From an uncultured delta proteobacterium (GTDB taxonomy: Bacteria > Myxococcota_A > Polyangia > Polyangiales > Polyangiaceae): DNA of 64,000 nucleotides. The stretch's first letter is position 1. Every line of letters begins with the position of its first letter. The DNA is taken from NCBI GenBank assembly GCA_963782055.1, contig CAWAIF010000003.1:192001-256000 (forward strand), in the 5' to 3' direction. Under the pieces are notes generated by a model, which was given only the letters and a program-made list of their open reading frames with translations, had not been told where the DNA came from and ran no database searches. Shown here in pieces: positions 11,327 through 19,206 of this stretch. A program made the position numbers and the translations under genes.

Positions 11327-12868
11327 ATGACCCAAGACACGCGCAAGGACCCCCGCGCCAAGATCGTGAGCCTGAACGTCCGCTACAAGAGCGCGACGGT
11401 CGACGAGTTCATCGAGAACCACTCGCACGATGTCAGCAAGGGCGGTGTCTTCATCAAGACCAACACCCCCTTCGCGGCAGGCACGCTCCTGAAGTTCGAG
11501 ATTCGCCTCGCGGCGGACCAGCCGGTGATCGCAGGCGTTGGCCGCGTGGTGTGGAAGCGCGAGCCGCCGCAGGCCGCTGGCCCCGAGCGGCCGGCAGGCA
11601 TGGGCGTGAAGTTCATCAAGGTGGACGACAACTCCCGTCAGATCATCAATCGGCTGGTCGGCGAGAAGTCCGACGCCGGGAGCGCCTACCTCTCGGAGAG
11701 CGATGGCAGCACGGGAACGAGTGTCCCGCCCGCCGCGGAGAAGCCCGCCGCGGAGAAGCCCGCCGCCGCCGCCAGCAGCCCGCCCGCCGCCAAGCCCGCC
11801 TTCACGGTGAAGAAGACCATGATGGGCCTGGGCGCCACACCCGGCCCGCGCACCATGACCCAGACGGGTCTGGGCAAGACGGTGCCGCCGGCCAAGAAGG
11901 AAGAAGGCGGCTTCTTCCCGAAGACCGAGTCCGAAAAGGAGATGCCGCCGCCGCAGGAGCGGACGGTGATGAAGCAGGCCGCGGAGCTGCTGGAGGAGGC
12001 CCTGAAGGAGGCTGGCGGCTCCATGGAGGAGATCGGCCCGGTCGACAAGGCCGCCCCCGCGGAGAAGCCCGCCGAGCCCGAGAAGACGGAGGAAGAGAAG
12101 AAGGCGGTCGAGGAGCTCGGCCGCGCGGCGACGGTCGAGGCCGCTCCGGTTGCCGTCAAGGCGGAGGCGAAGACCGAAGAGGCCGAGGCCGGAAAACCGG
12201 AAGAGAAGGCCGACGAGAAGAAGGCCGACGAAGAGAAGGCCGACGAGAAGAAGGCCGACGAGAAGAAGCCCACGGCCAAGGCGGAGCAGCCGAAGCCGGC
12301 CAGCGCCCGGCCGCAGCAGCCGGAGCGCTCGCTGAGCGCCGAGCTGGGGAGCAAGCCCTCGCAGGAGAAGAAGGGCAACGGGGCGCTCATCGGCTTCCTT
12401 GCGCTCGTCGCGGTCGTCGCCGCCGTCTTCGTCGCCTACCGCGCCGGGCTGTTCGGGCAGAAGCCCTTGCCTCCCCCGCCGCAGCCCACGGCGACTGCCA
12501 GCGAGTCCGCCACCGAGACGACGACCGCCAGCGCGTCGGCCACCGAGACAGCTTCCGCCGCGGAGTCCGCGTCGGCGGCGGAGTCGGCGTCCGCGGCCGA
12601 GTCGGCCTCCGCCGCGCCCAGCGCGACGGTCCCCCCCGCGGCGACGACCGCGATCGTCGCGCACCCCACGGCGACGGCGCATCCGACGGCGACGGCGCAT
12701 CCGACGGCGACGGCGCATCCGACGGCCACGGCGCATCCGACGGCCACGGCCACCACCACGGCCACCGCCACGGCCACGGCCAAGCCCACCGCGACCGCGA
12801 CCGCCACCGCCAAGCCGACGGCCACGGCGAAGCCCACCGCCACCGCGCCCGACGACAACCCGTACTGA
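11327..12868 (+). CDS. TIGR02266-type PilZ-like membrane protein with low-complexity linker and tail
   Basis: RKDPR, DVSKGGVFI, GRVVW, GMGVKF; Glu/Lys/Pro linker, one TM, Thr/Ala/Pro tail ending DDNPY. Confidence 0.85.
   Translation: MTQDTRKDPRAKIVSLNVRYKSATVDEFIENHSHDVSKGGVFIKTNTPFAAGTLLKFEIRLAADQPVIAGVGRVVWKREPPQAAGPERPAGMGVKFIKVDDNSRQIINRLVGEKSDAGSAYLSESDGSTGTSVPPAAEKPAAEKPAAAASSPPAAKPAFTVKKTMMGLGATPGPRTMTQTGLGKTVPPAKKEEGGFFPKTESEKEMPPPQERTVMKQAAELLEEALKEAGGSMEEIGPVDKAAPAEKPAEPEKTEEEKKAVEELGRAATVEAAPVAVKAEAKTEEAEAGKPEEKADEKKADEEKADEKKADEKKPTAKAEQPKPASARPQQPERSLSAELGSKPSQEKKGNGALIGFLALVAVVAAVFVAYRAGLFGQKPLPPPPQPTATASESATETTTASASATETASAAESASAAESASAAESASAAPSATVPPAATTAIVAHPTATAHPTATAHPTATAHPTATAHPTATATTTATATATAKPTATATATAKPTATAKPTATAPDDNPY
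12659..12850 (+). repeat. Coding 18-bp tandem repeat (AHPTAT x5) followed by degenerate TATAKP units
   Basis: GCGCATCCGACGGCGACG-like unit repeated; ASAAES and EKKAD repeats also occur upstream in the same gene. Confidence 0.85.
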
Positions 12869-12996
12869 TCGGACGGACGCGTGCGGGCCGCCGCCCGCGT
12901 CAGCCTCGCCCTGTCGCTCCGTCGGTCGGGTGGACCGGAGATCCCAGCCCGAGCGGCTTGCCTTTGCGCCCCGCTTGGGTAGCTTCTGGGCGTTTC

Positions 12997-13070
12997 TCGG
13001 GCGTCGTCTAATGGCAGGACAGAGGATTTTGATTCCTCGAATCGGGGTTCGAATCCCTGCGCCCGAACCA
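12997..13070 (+). tRNA. tRNA-Gln (anticodon TTG)
   Basis: Acceptor TCGGGCG/CGCCCGA, anticodon arm GAGGA-TTTTGAT-TCCTC, GGTTCGAATCC T-arm, encoded CCA. Confidence 0.95.
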
Positions 13071-13176
13071 GGCTCCCGCGCTCGCCGGCGCTGCCGCAGG
13101 CCCTCTGCGAGCTACGACTAACCAAAATGACGACTGTCACCCCCGCAAGACTGAACAGATGCCCCCGCAATTTTTT

Positions 13177-13206
13177 TTGCGCTGACAGATGAACAGTCTC
13201 TAGACT
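13177..13206 (+). promoter_or_regulatory. Sigma70-like promoter (TTGCGC-N18-TAGACT) for a probably leaderless gene
   Basis: -10 box ends 7 nt before ATG 13214; T-rich tract just upstream. Confidence 0.5.
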
Positions 13207-13213
13207 CGCGCGC

Positions 13214-13642
13214 ATGTCCACACTGCACCAGCAACTCGAAGCGCTCGCGAGCGCGTTCGCCCATGACGTCATCGCCGCCCTGCGCGGCGCCTCCCTCGAG
13301 GAGATCCTCGGTGAGCAGTCCGCCGAGCATCGCGCCGCCGCGCACGTGGCCACCCCGCGTCCCGCGCGTCGTGCGTCGGGCCGCGCCCGCCCGGCGAGCG
13401 CCAGGGGGAAGAAGAAGGTCTCCGGCCGGCTTCATCGTCGCTCGCCCGCGCAGATCAACGGCGTCGTCACCCAGATCGTCTCGCTCCTCAAGGGCAAGAA
13501 GGCGGGCATGCGCGCCGAGCAGATCCAGGCGGCGCTGCATCTGCACCGCAAGGAGATGCCCAAGCCCATCGCCGTGGCGCTCTCCAAGAAGCTCATCCGC
13601 CGGAAGGGCGAGAAGCGCGCGACGACGTACTACGCCGCCTGA
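13214..13642 (+). CDS. Small basic putative DNA-binding protein with C-terminal winged-helix-like segment
   Basis: Arg/Lys-rich linker; GMRAEQIQAAL...KGEKRATTYY tail. Confidence 0.65.
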   Translation: MSTLHQQLEALASAFAHDVIAALRGASLEEILGEQSAEHRAAAHVATPRPARRASGRARPASARGKKKVSGRLHRRSPAQINGVVTQIVSLLKGKKAGMRAEQIQAALHLHRKEMPKPIAVALSKKLIRRKGEKRATTYYAA

Positions 13643-13698
13643 GCTCGCCACGGGCCGTCGCGTCCCGCCTCTGGCACGAGGAATGAATGAGCTGCAGC

Positions 13699-14433
13699 AT
13701 GCCTCACATCCTCTTCGTGGACGACGACCCCACGTCGCGCTCGGTGGTGGCTGAGGCGCTGGCGCGGCCGCAGCGGACCATCGAGGTCGCCGCGCACGGC
13801 GAGGAAGCCCTGGCGTCCGTGGCCCGGCACCGGCCGGACCTGGTCATCACCGACATCGTCATGCCACGCATGAACGGCTGGGTCCTCGTGCGCCGATTGC
13901 GCACGAGCGCGGCGACTGCGTTCGTCCCGGTGATCCTGGTCAGCTCGCTCGCCGACGCGGAGGATCGCATCCGCGGCTTCCGTCTGGGCGCGGACGACTA
14001 CCTGACCAAGCCGGTCAACCTGGAGGAGCTGGAGCTGCGCGTGGAGAACGCGCTGCACCACGCGCGCTCGCGCCCGACGACGAACCCCCTGCAGGGCGTG
14101 GGGCTCGCCGGCGACCTGCGCCAGTTCGGCGTGGCCACGTTGCTCACGGTGCTGGACATGGAGCGCAAGAGCGGCGTGCTCGTGCTGGAGAGGGAGGCGG
14201 AGAGCGCCAGGCTGGTGATGCAGGAAGGACGCGTGGTGAGCGCGCACTTCAACAAACGCGACGAGCCCGCCGGCCCCTCGTGCGTCTACGAGCTGCTCGA
14301 CTGGTCGGGCGGTCGCTTCACCTTCTCCGAGGAACGCGTCGAGTGCTCCGACGAGATGGGCGTGACGACCGCCTCGCTGCTCCTCGAGGGCGCGCGGCGG
14401 ATGGACGAGCTGATCCGCGTGGAGATGGACTGA
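13699..14433 (+). CDS. Response regulator: receiver + DUF4388/PATAN-like domain
   Basis: FVDDD, DIVMP, GADDYLTKP; C-terminal LAGDL...ERKSGVL...W..GRFTF...LLLEGARRMDE. Confidence 0.88.
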   Translation: MPHILFVDDDPTSRSVVAEALARPQRTIEVAAHGEEALASVARHRPDLVITDIVMPRMNGWVLVRRLRTSAATAFVPVILVSSLADAEDRIRGFRLGADDYLTKPVNLEELELRVENALHHARSRPTTNPLQGVGLAGDLRQFGVATLLTVLDMERKSGVLVLEREAESARLVMQEGRVVSAHFNKRDEPAGPSCVYELLDWSGGRFTFSEERVECSDEMGVTTASLLLEGARRMDELIRVEMD

Positions 14434-14449
14434 GGACGACGGGAAGCCC

Positions 14450-14500
14450 AAGAAAACAAGACCCCGCCCGGCGGCCTTCGCGGGGCGGCGCCGGGCAGGG
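14450..14500 (-). terminator. Intrinsic terminator oriented on the minus strand
   Basis: GC stem GCCCGGCG/CGCCGGGC followed on the minus strand by TCTTGTTTTCTT. Confidence 0.6.
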
Positions 14501-14543
14501 CCCATCCGGTGTCGCGCAGAAGGGGCTTTCCCGCGTCACCGGC
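14450..14543 (-). ncRNA. Candidate small RNA
   Basis: TTGCAT-N17-GACATT upstream, 5' hairpin, 3' terminator, no ORF. Confidence 0.45.
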
Positions 14544-14697
14544 AAAGACGAATGTCCACTACTTGCGAGTCGGATGCAAGGACCTCGATCTACACCCTAG
14601 GGAGTAGAAGCGCCCTCGCCCCCGCCGTCTCCGCCTCTCTTCGGTCCCGCTGGGCCGGGCTGGCCCGCACGCCCCGGCTGCACTACGGTCCCACCCG

Positions 14698-15249
14698 GTG
14701 AGACAGGTCAAGGGCGCCCTCTTCGTCGACTACGTCCGCATGCTTCGCGGGCGAAAGGACGTGGACTGGGCACGGCACCTCACCCCGCGGGACCTGCGCT
14801 ACCTGGGCGAGCGCATCGGCATGGGCGACTGGTACCCGATGGAGACCTTCGAGCGCATGGGCCTCGGCATCCTCGCCGAGATCGCCGAGGGCGACGTGGA
14901 GCGCGTGCGCTTCTGGGGCCGCGCCTCCATCGACTGGCTGGTGCAGGTGTACGCCAACCTCATCGCGCCAGGCGACCCCCGCGAGACGCTCATGCGCTTC
15001 CAGGTGCTGCGCCGCGGCTTCTTCGACTACCCCGCGGTGGAGATCGTCGAGGTGACCGACGCTCACGCGAGCATCGAGGTGACGTACGGCATGGGGCCGA
15101 AGGCGGAGCAGGCGGCGTCGTACCAGACGCTCGGCTTCTTCGAGCGTCTGGTGGAGGTGGCGGGCGCCACCTCCGTCGACGCCGGCTTCACCGCCCGCTC
15201 GTGGGCGGGCGACGCCACCACGATGATCGGCCTTCGCTGGACGATGTGA
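14698..15249 (+). CDS. Hypothetical protein (DUF2378/V4R-like, myxobacterial)
   Basis: N-terminal VKG, WYP motif, C-terminal GFF..L...GA...W pattern; high GC3. Confidence 0.6.
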   Translation: MRQVKGALFVDYVRMLRGRKDVDWARHLTPRDLRYLGERIGMGDWYPMETFERMGLGILAEIAEGDVERVRFWGRASIDWLVQVYANLIAPGDPRETLMRFQVLRRGFFDYPAVEIVEVTDAHASIEVTYGMGPKAEQAASYQTLGFFERLVEVAGATSVDAGFTARSWAGDATTMIGLRWTM

Positions 15250-15258
15250 GCCGCCCCG

Positions 15259-15672
15259 TCAGGCGACGCGCGCGGTGGTCCCGGCGATGACCGTCCGCAG
15301 CTCGTCGAGGGCGATGGGCTTCTTGAAGACCGCGGCGGCCCCGAAGCGCCTCGCCCGCGGGGCGAGGTTCTGGTCGCGGGGCCGGGTCATCACGACGAAC
15401 GGCAGACGCCACTGGTAGCGCTGCAGGGCGAGCAGCACCGAGAGGCCGGCGAAGCCAGGCATCCGCGCGTCCGCCACCACCAGATCGGGGCGCGATTCCG
15501 GCGCCTCGACGGTGTCGCCGAGGAGGTCGAGCAGCTCGGCACCGTCGCAGACCTCGACGACGCCGTGGCCGTCGCGTCTGAGCTCCCGCGCGAGCCGCGC
15601 CCGAAGGTCGTGCTCGTCGTCGGCAAGGAAGATGGTCCTCCTACTGGATGCGCAGTCCTGGCTCATGGTCAT
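15259..15672 (-). CDS. Single-domain response regulator receiver
   Basis: LADDE, ADARMPG, FKKP motifs. Confidence 0.82.
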   Translation of the reverse strand: MTMSQDCASSRRTIFLADDEHDLRARLARELRRDGHGVVEVCDGAELLDLLGDTVEAPESRPDLVVADARMPGFAGLSVLLALQRYQWRLPFVVMTRPRDQNLAPRARRFGAAAVFKKPIALDELRTVIAGTTARVA

Positions 15673-15709
15673 GGGTTCCCTCCGGGCCTCTGGGTGAGGA
15701 GAGGTGAAG

Positions 15710-15725
15710 AGCAGGGCGCATGCCA
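15710..15725 (-). promoter_or_regulatory. Putative sigma54 promoter (TGGCATGCGCCCTGCT)
   Basis: GG-N10-GC spacing about 40 nt upstream of the receiver gene start. Confidence 0.4.
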
Positions 15726-15948
15726 GCGCGCCACCTTTGCAGGTTGCGGATATCCGGTGGAGTTCTTGCGGAAGGTCGGGGTCTTTCGCCACGAGCGAGG
15801 CGATGCAGCGGCGGGATGGGGCAGTGGAAAGCTGCGGGAGATCTTGTGGAAAAGGTTGTGGAAAACCGCCGTGGAGAACCTGGCGCTGAACGGAGAGCAG
15901 CGCCGACCGGGAGCAAGCTGACGGTCGACGCGGCGCGCGGGCAGGGCC

Positions 15949-17244
15949 TCAGAAGTAGACCTTCAGGTCCACGTGATAGACGAAGGGGTACAGCCCGAAC
16001 TCGCTGGGCGTGCTGACCGTCGCCGATGCCGGATCGACCGTGGGCGTCGCGCCGATGGGCAGGAAGGCCCCGGCAATCAGCAGGGCGTTGCTCGCCACGT
16101 CGTAGCGGACCTGCGGCGCGAGCAGCGCGCTCGGGTCCTGCAGGTTCATCAGCGCGGCAAGGCCCACGTGCACGAGGGCGTGCGGCTGCCAGTCGACGAC
16201 CGCCCCGGTGTAGTAGCGGCCGACGTCGTACTCCTCGCCGGTCGCGAAGCGCGGGCTCTGGAGCTCGTCCAGGTAGTCGCTGGAGTCCGGCGCGCCGCTG
16301 CCGTTGTAGTAGGCCTCCACCGTGGCGTGCAGGTTGTTGCGCAGCTCGAAGGTGCTGCCGAGCACCGCCCGTACGAAGGCGTCCTGGCCGTAGCGCCGCC
16401 GCTCCGCCTGCGGCACGTAGGTGACCGTCGCCGCGCCGTGCAGGTCCACGCCGTGGCCCAGGTCGTAGAAGCCGTCCACGCCGCCGACCACGTCCTGCCG
16501 CACGTAGCCGCCCATCGCGCCGACGCGCGCGCTGCCGAAGGCGAGCTCCAGCCGCGCGAGCTCGGCCGAGCCGGCGGCGTCGGCGTGAAGATCGTGCGCG
16601 CCGGCGCTGTTGCCGAGCACGCCGAGCATCGTGAGCGTCGCCCCCGAGCCGAGCCGCAGGTCGGAGCGCAGGGCATCGACGCCGGGCTTGAACTCGGTGT
16701 CGATCTGGATGGGCGAGAAGGGCGCGAGCAGGTCCATCGGCGTCCAGAGCACGCCCCGACCGATCGTGATCGGCTGCCGGCCGAGGGTGATCTGCGCCGG
16801 GCCGAAGGAGTAGCGCGCCCAGAGCCAGTCGACCCGGTCGTGCACGATCACGCGGGAGGTGGTGGCGAGGTCGGCCTGGAGGGGGAGCCACACCGCCGCC
16901 TGCTTGCCCTGGCCGAGCGCGAGCGGCCCCGCGGCCTGGTCCAGCGGCAGGGAGCTCAGGCTGGTGGTGAGCTCGTCGTGGATGACGAGGCGGAAGTGCT
17001 CGCTCGCCGTCCAGTCCAGCTTCGCCCGCAGCGCGAGGAGGGAGGTGGCGGCCGGGTTCTCGTCGGGGGGCGTCAGCGCGGTGTCCAGCAGGCCGCCGTG
17101 CATCAGGTAGTCGAAGGAGCGCGCGGTGCCGCCGATGTCGAGCGACTTGCCCGCCAGCGGGTCCTCGCTCACGACCACGGCGCGCGCAGGCGCCGCCAGG
17201 AGCATCGTCGCGCCGAGCACGGCGGCGAGCGCAGGCCGATTCAC
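15949..17244 (-). CDS. Putative outer-membrane beta-barrel associated with the ABC operon
   Basis: Signal peptide, GRQ...G...W.P.D, GVDALR, terminal VYF. Confidence 0.75.
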   Translation of the reverse strand: MNRPALAAVLGATMLLAAPARAVVVSEDPLAGKSLDIGGTARSFDYLMHGGLLDTALTPPDENPAATSLLALRAKLDWTASEHFRLVIHDELTTSLSSLPLDQAAGPLALGQGKQAAVWLPLQADLATTSRVIVHDRVDWLWARYSFGPAQITLGRQPITIGRGVLWTPMDLLAPFSPIQIDTEFKPGVDALRSDLRLGSGATLTMLGVLGNSAGAHDLHADAAGSAELARLELAFGSARVGAMGGYVRQDVVGGVDGFYDLGHGVDLHGAATVTYVPQAERRRYGQDAFVRAVLGSTFELRNNLHATVEAYYNGSGAPDSSDYLDELQSPRFATGEEYDVGRYYTGAVVDWQPHALVHVGLAALMNLQDPSALLAPQVRYDVASNALLIAGAFLPIGATPTVDPASATVSTPSEFGLYPFVYHVDLKVYF

Positions 17245-17945
17245 GCGGCGCCTCGCTCCTCGTCGATGCGGCCGTCGACGAGGTAGATCACCCGCCGCGC
17301 GCGCTCGATGACCTTCGGGTCGTGGGAGCTGAAGAGGAACGTGACGCGCTTGTCGCGGTTGAGCGCCGCCATCTGGTCGAGGAGCGCCTCGCCGGTGTGC
17401 GAGTCCAGGTTGGCCGTGGGCTCGTCGGCGAGCACCAGTCTGGGCGACGCGGCGATGGCCCTCGCCACCGCGACGCGCTGCTGCTGGCCCCCGCTCAGCT
17501 CCGCCGGGCGGCGGCCCATGAGGTCACCCAGACCGACGGCGCGCAGCATCTCCGCGGCGCGGTCGTGGCACTCCGCCCGGCCCTTGCCCTGGAGCTCCAG
17601 CACCAGCTCGGCGTTCTCCAGCGCGGAGAGCACGGGCAAGAGGTTGTACGCCTGGAAGACGAAGCCGATCTCGGTGCGGCGGAAGCGCGCGAGCGCGGCC
17701 GGCGACATGCGCTCCAGGTCGTGCCCGCCCACGCGGAGGCTGCCCGACGTGGGGCGGTCCAGCGCGCCGATGAGGTTGAGCAGCGTGGTCTTGCCCGACC
17801 CGGACGGACCGGCGAGCACGGTGAACTCGCCCTCCTCGACGGTCAGGTCGATGCCGGCGAGCGCCACCACGTCGACCTTTCCTTGCCGGTAGACCTTCCG
17901 CAGATCGCGGGCCACAAGGACGTTGTCGTTGCTCGATTCAGACAT
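17241..17945 (-). CDS. ABC transporter ATP-binding protein (LolD/MacB type)
   Basis: GPSGSGKT, LSGGQQQR, LADEPTANLD. Confidence 0.95.
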   Translation of the reverse strand: MSESSNDNVLVARDLRKVYRQGKVDVVALAGIDLTVEEGEFTVLAGPSGSGKTTLLNLIGALDRPTSGSLRVGGHDLERMSPAALARFRRTEIGFVFQAYNLLPVLSALENAELVLELQGKGRAECHDRAAEMLRAVGLGDLMGRRPAELSGGQQQRVAVARAIAASPRLVLADEPTANLDSHTGEALLDQMAALNRDKRVTFLFSSHDPKVIERARRVIYLVDGRIDEERGAA

Positions 17946-19206
17946 GGTGCATGGCCTCCACCGGCTGCAGGCGCGCCGCGCGGATCGCGGGGTAGAGCGC
18001 GCTGAGGACGACGATCCCGAAGACGACGAGGGCGCTCACCACCACCTTCTGCGGAGCGAGGTCGGCGTAGTAGTGCGTGGGAAGGAGCACGCCGCTCGCC
18101 TCGAGCTGGCCGGCGTCCAGGGCGATGCCGTGGACGGTGAGGTAGTGGTTGCCGAGCAGGCCGAGGACCAGCCCGAGGACCACCGAGCCGACGCCGAGGA
18201 GCACCGACTCGGTCATGACGATGCTCACGATGCGCGCCGGCGTGGCGCCGACGGCGAGCAGGACGCCGAACTCGCGCGTGCGCTCCATCACCGAGAGCAA
18301 GATGGTGTTCAAGATGCCCGCGGCGACGACGACGTAGACGATCGCCATCATGAGGTACATGCCTGCCTCGTCCAGGACGATGGTGGCGTAGAGCTCCGGC
18401 GCCGCCTTCTGCCAGGGCAGCACCTCGACGCCGCCGCCCCGCAGGCGCGCGTCCAGCGCGGCGGCGGCCTCCTGCGCGCGGCGCGTGTCGTGCAGCAGGA
18501 CGGCGACCGTCGTCACGCGGTGGCCGACGCCCGCGAGGTGCTGCAGCACGCCGAGCGGCACCAGCACCACGTGCGCGTCCACGTCGCGCACGCCGGTGGC
18601 GTAGATGCCCTTGACCAGGAAGGCGCCGGTGCGCATCGCGGGCGCCTCGGCGGCGCCGTTCTTCGCCGGCTGGATGGTCACCGTGATGCGATCGTCGACG
18701 CGCGCGCCCAGCTCGTGCGCGAGCTCCTTGCCGATGACGACGGGTGGCGGACGCCCGGTGGGCGGCGAGGTGTCGGCGGCGTCGAGCGCGGCGCCGTCCA
18801 CGATGGACGCCGGCGAGCCCACCTTGGAGAGCTTGCCCTCCACCGCGGGGTCGACGCCCCACACGACGGTCCCGACGCCCGTCGAGCCGGCCTGCGTGAG
18901 GCCGGTGGTCTGCAGGCGCGGCGCCACGCCGTCGAGGGGGATGCCCATGCCGCGCGCCGCCGCGGCGACGGCCGCCGGGTCCGCGATGGTGCGATCCACG
19001 GAGGGGTCGTCGCGATACCCCTCGGCGTGGACGACCACGTCGCCGAGGCCCATGCGCACGCCGATCTGGGCCATCTGCTCGTGCGCGCCGTCGGCGAAGC
19101 CGGTCAGCACGATGAGCAGCGCGAAGCTGGCGACGATCGCCAGGGCCGTCAGCGCCGTCCGGCGGCGCTGGCGCAGCACGTTGCGGAAGGCGACGCGCAG
19201 CACCAT
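17938..19206 (-). CDS. ABC permease, FtsX/LolE/MacB family
   Basis: RN..R..RRT.LT, ERTREFG, YPA.RAARL.PVEAM. Confidence 0.9.
   Translation of the reverse strand: MVLRVAFRNVLRQRRRTALTALAIVASFALLIVLTGFADGAHEQMAQIGVRMGLGDVVVHAEGYRDDPSVDRTIADPAAVAAAARGMGIPLDGVAPRLQTTGLTQAGSTGVGTVVWGVDPAVEGKLSKVGSPASIVDGAALDAADTSPPTGRPPPVVIGKELAHELGARVDDRITVTIQPAKNGAAEAPAMRTGAFLVKGIYATGVRDVDAHVVLVPLGVLQHLAGVGHRVTTVAVLLHDTRRAQEAAAALDARLRGGGVEVLPWQKAAPELYATIVLDEAGMYLMMAIVYVVVAAGILNTILLSVMERTREFGVLLAVGATPARIVSIVMTESVLLGVGSVVLGLVLGLLGNHYLTVHGIALDAGQLEASGVLLPTHYYADLAPQKVVVSALVVFGIVVLSALYPAIRAARLQPVEAMHHV

Noticed and set aside
12659..12850. CRISPR-like array
   Set aside because: In-frame 18-bp coding repeat with no spacers and no cas genes
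12997..15900. Genomic island integrated at tRNA-Gln
   Set aside because: No integrase and no duplicated tRNA 3' end seen; downstream genes have host-like codon usage
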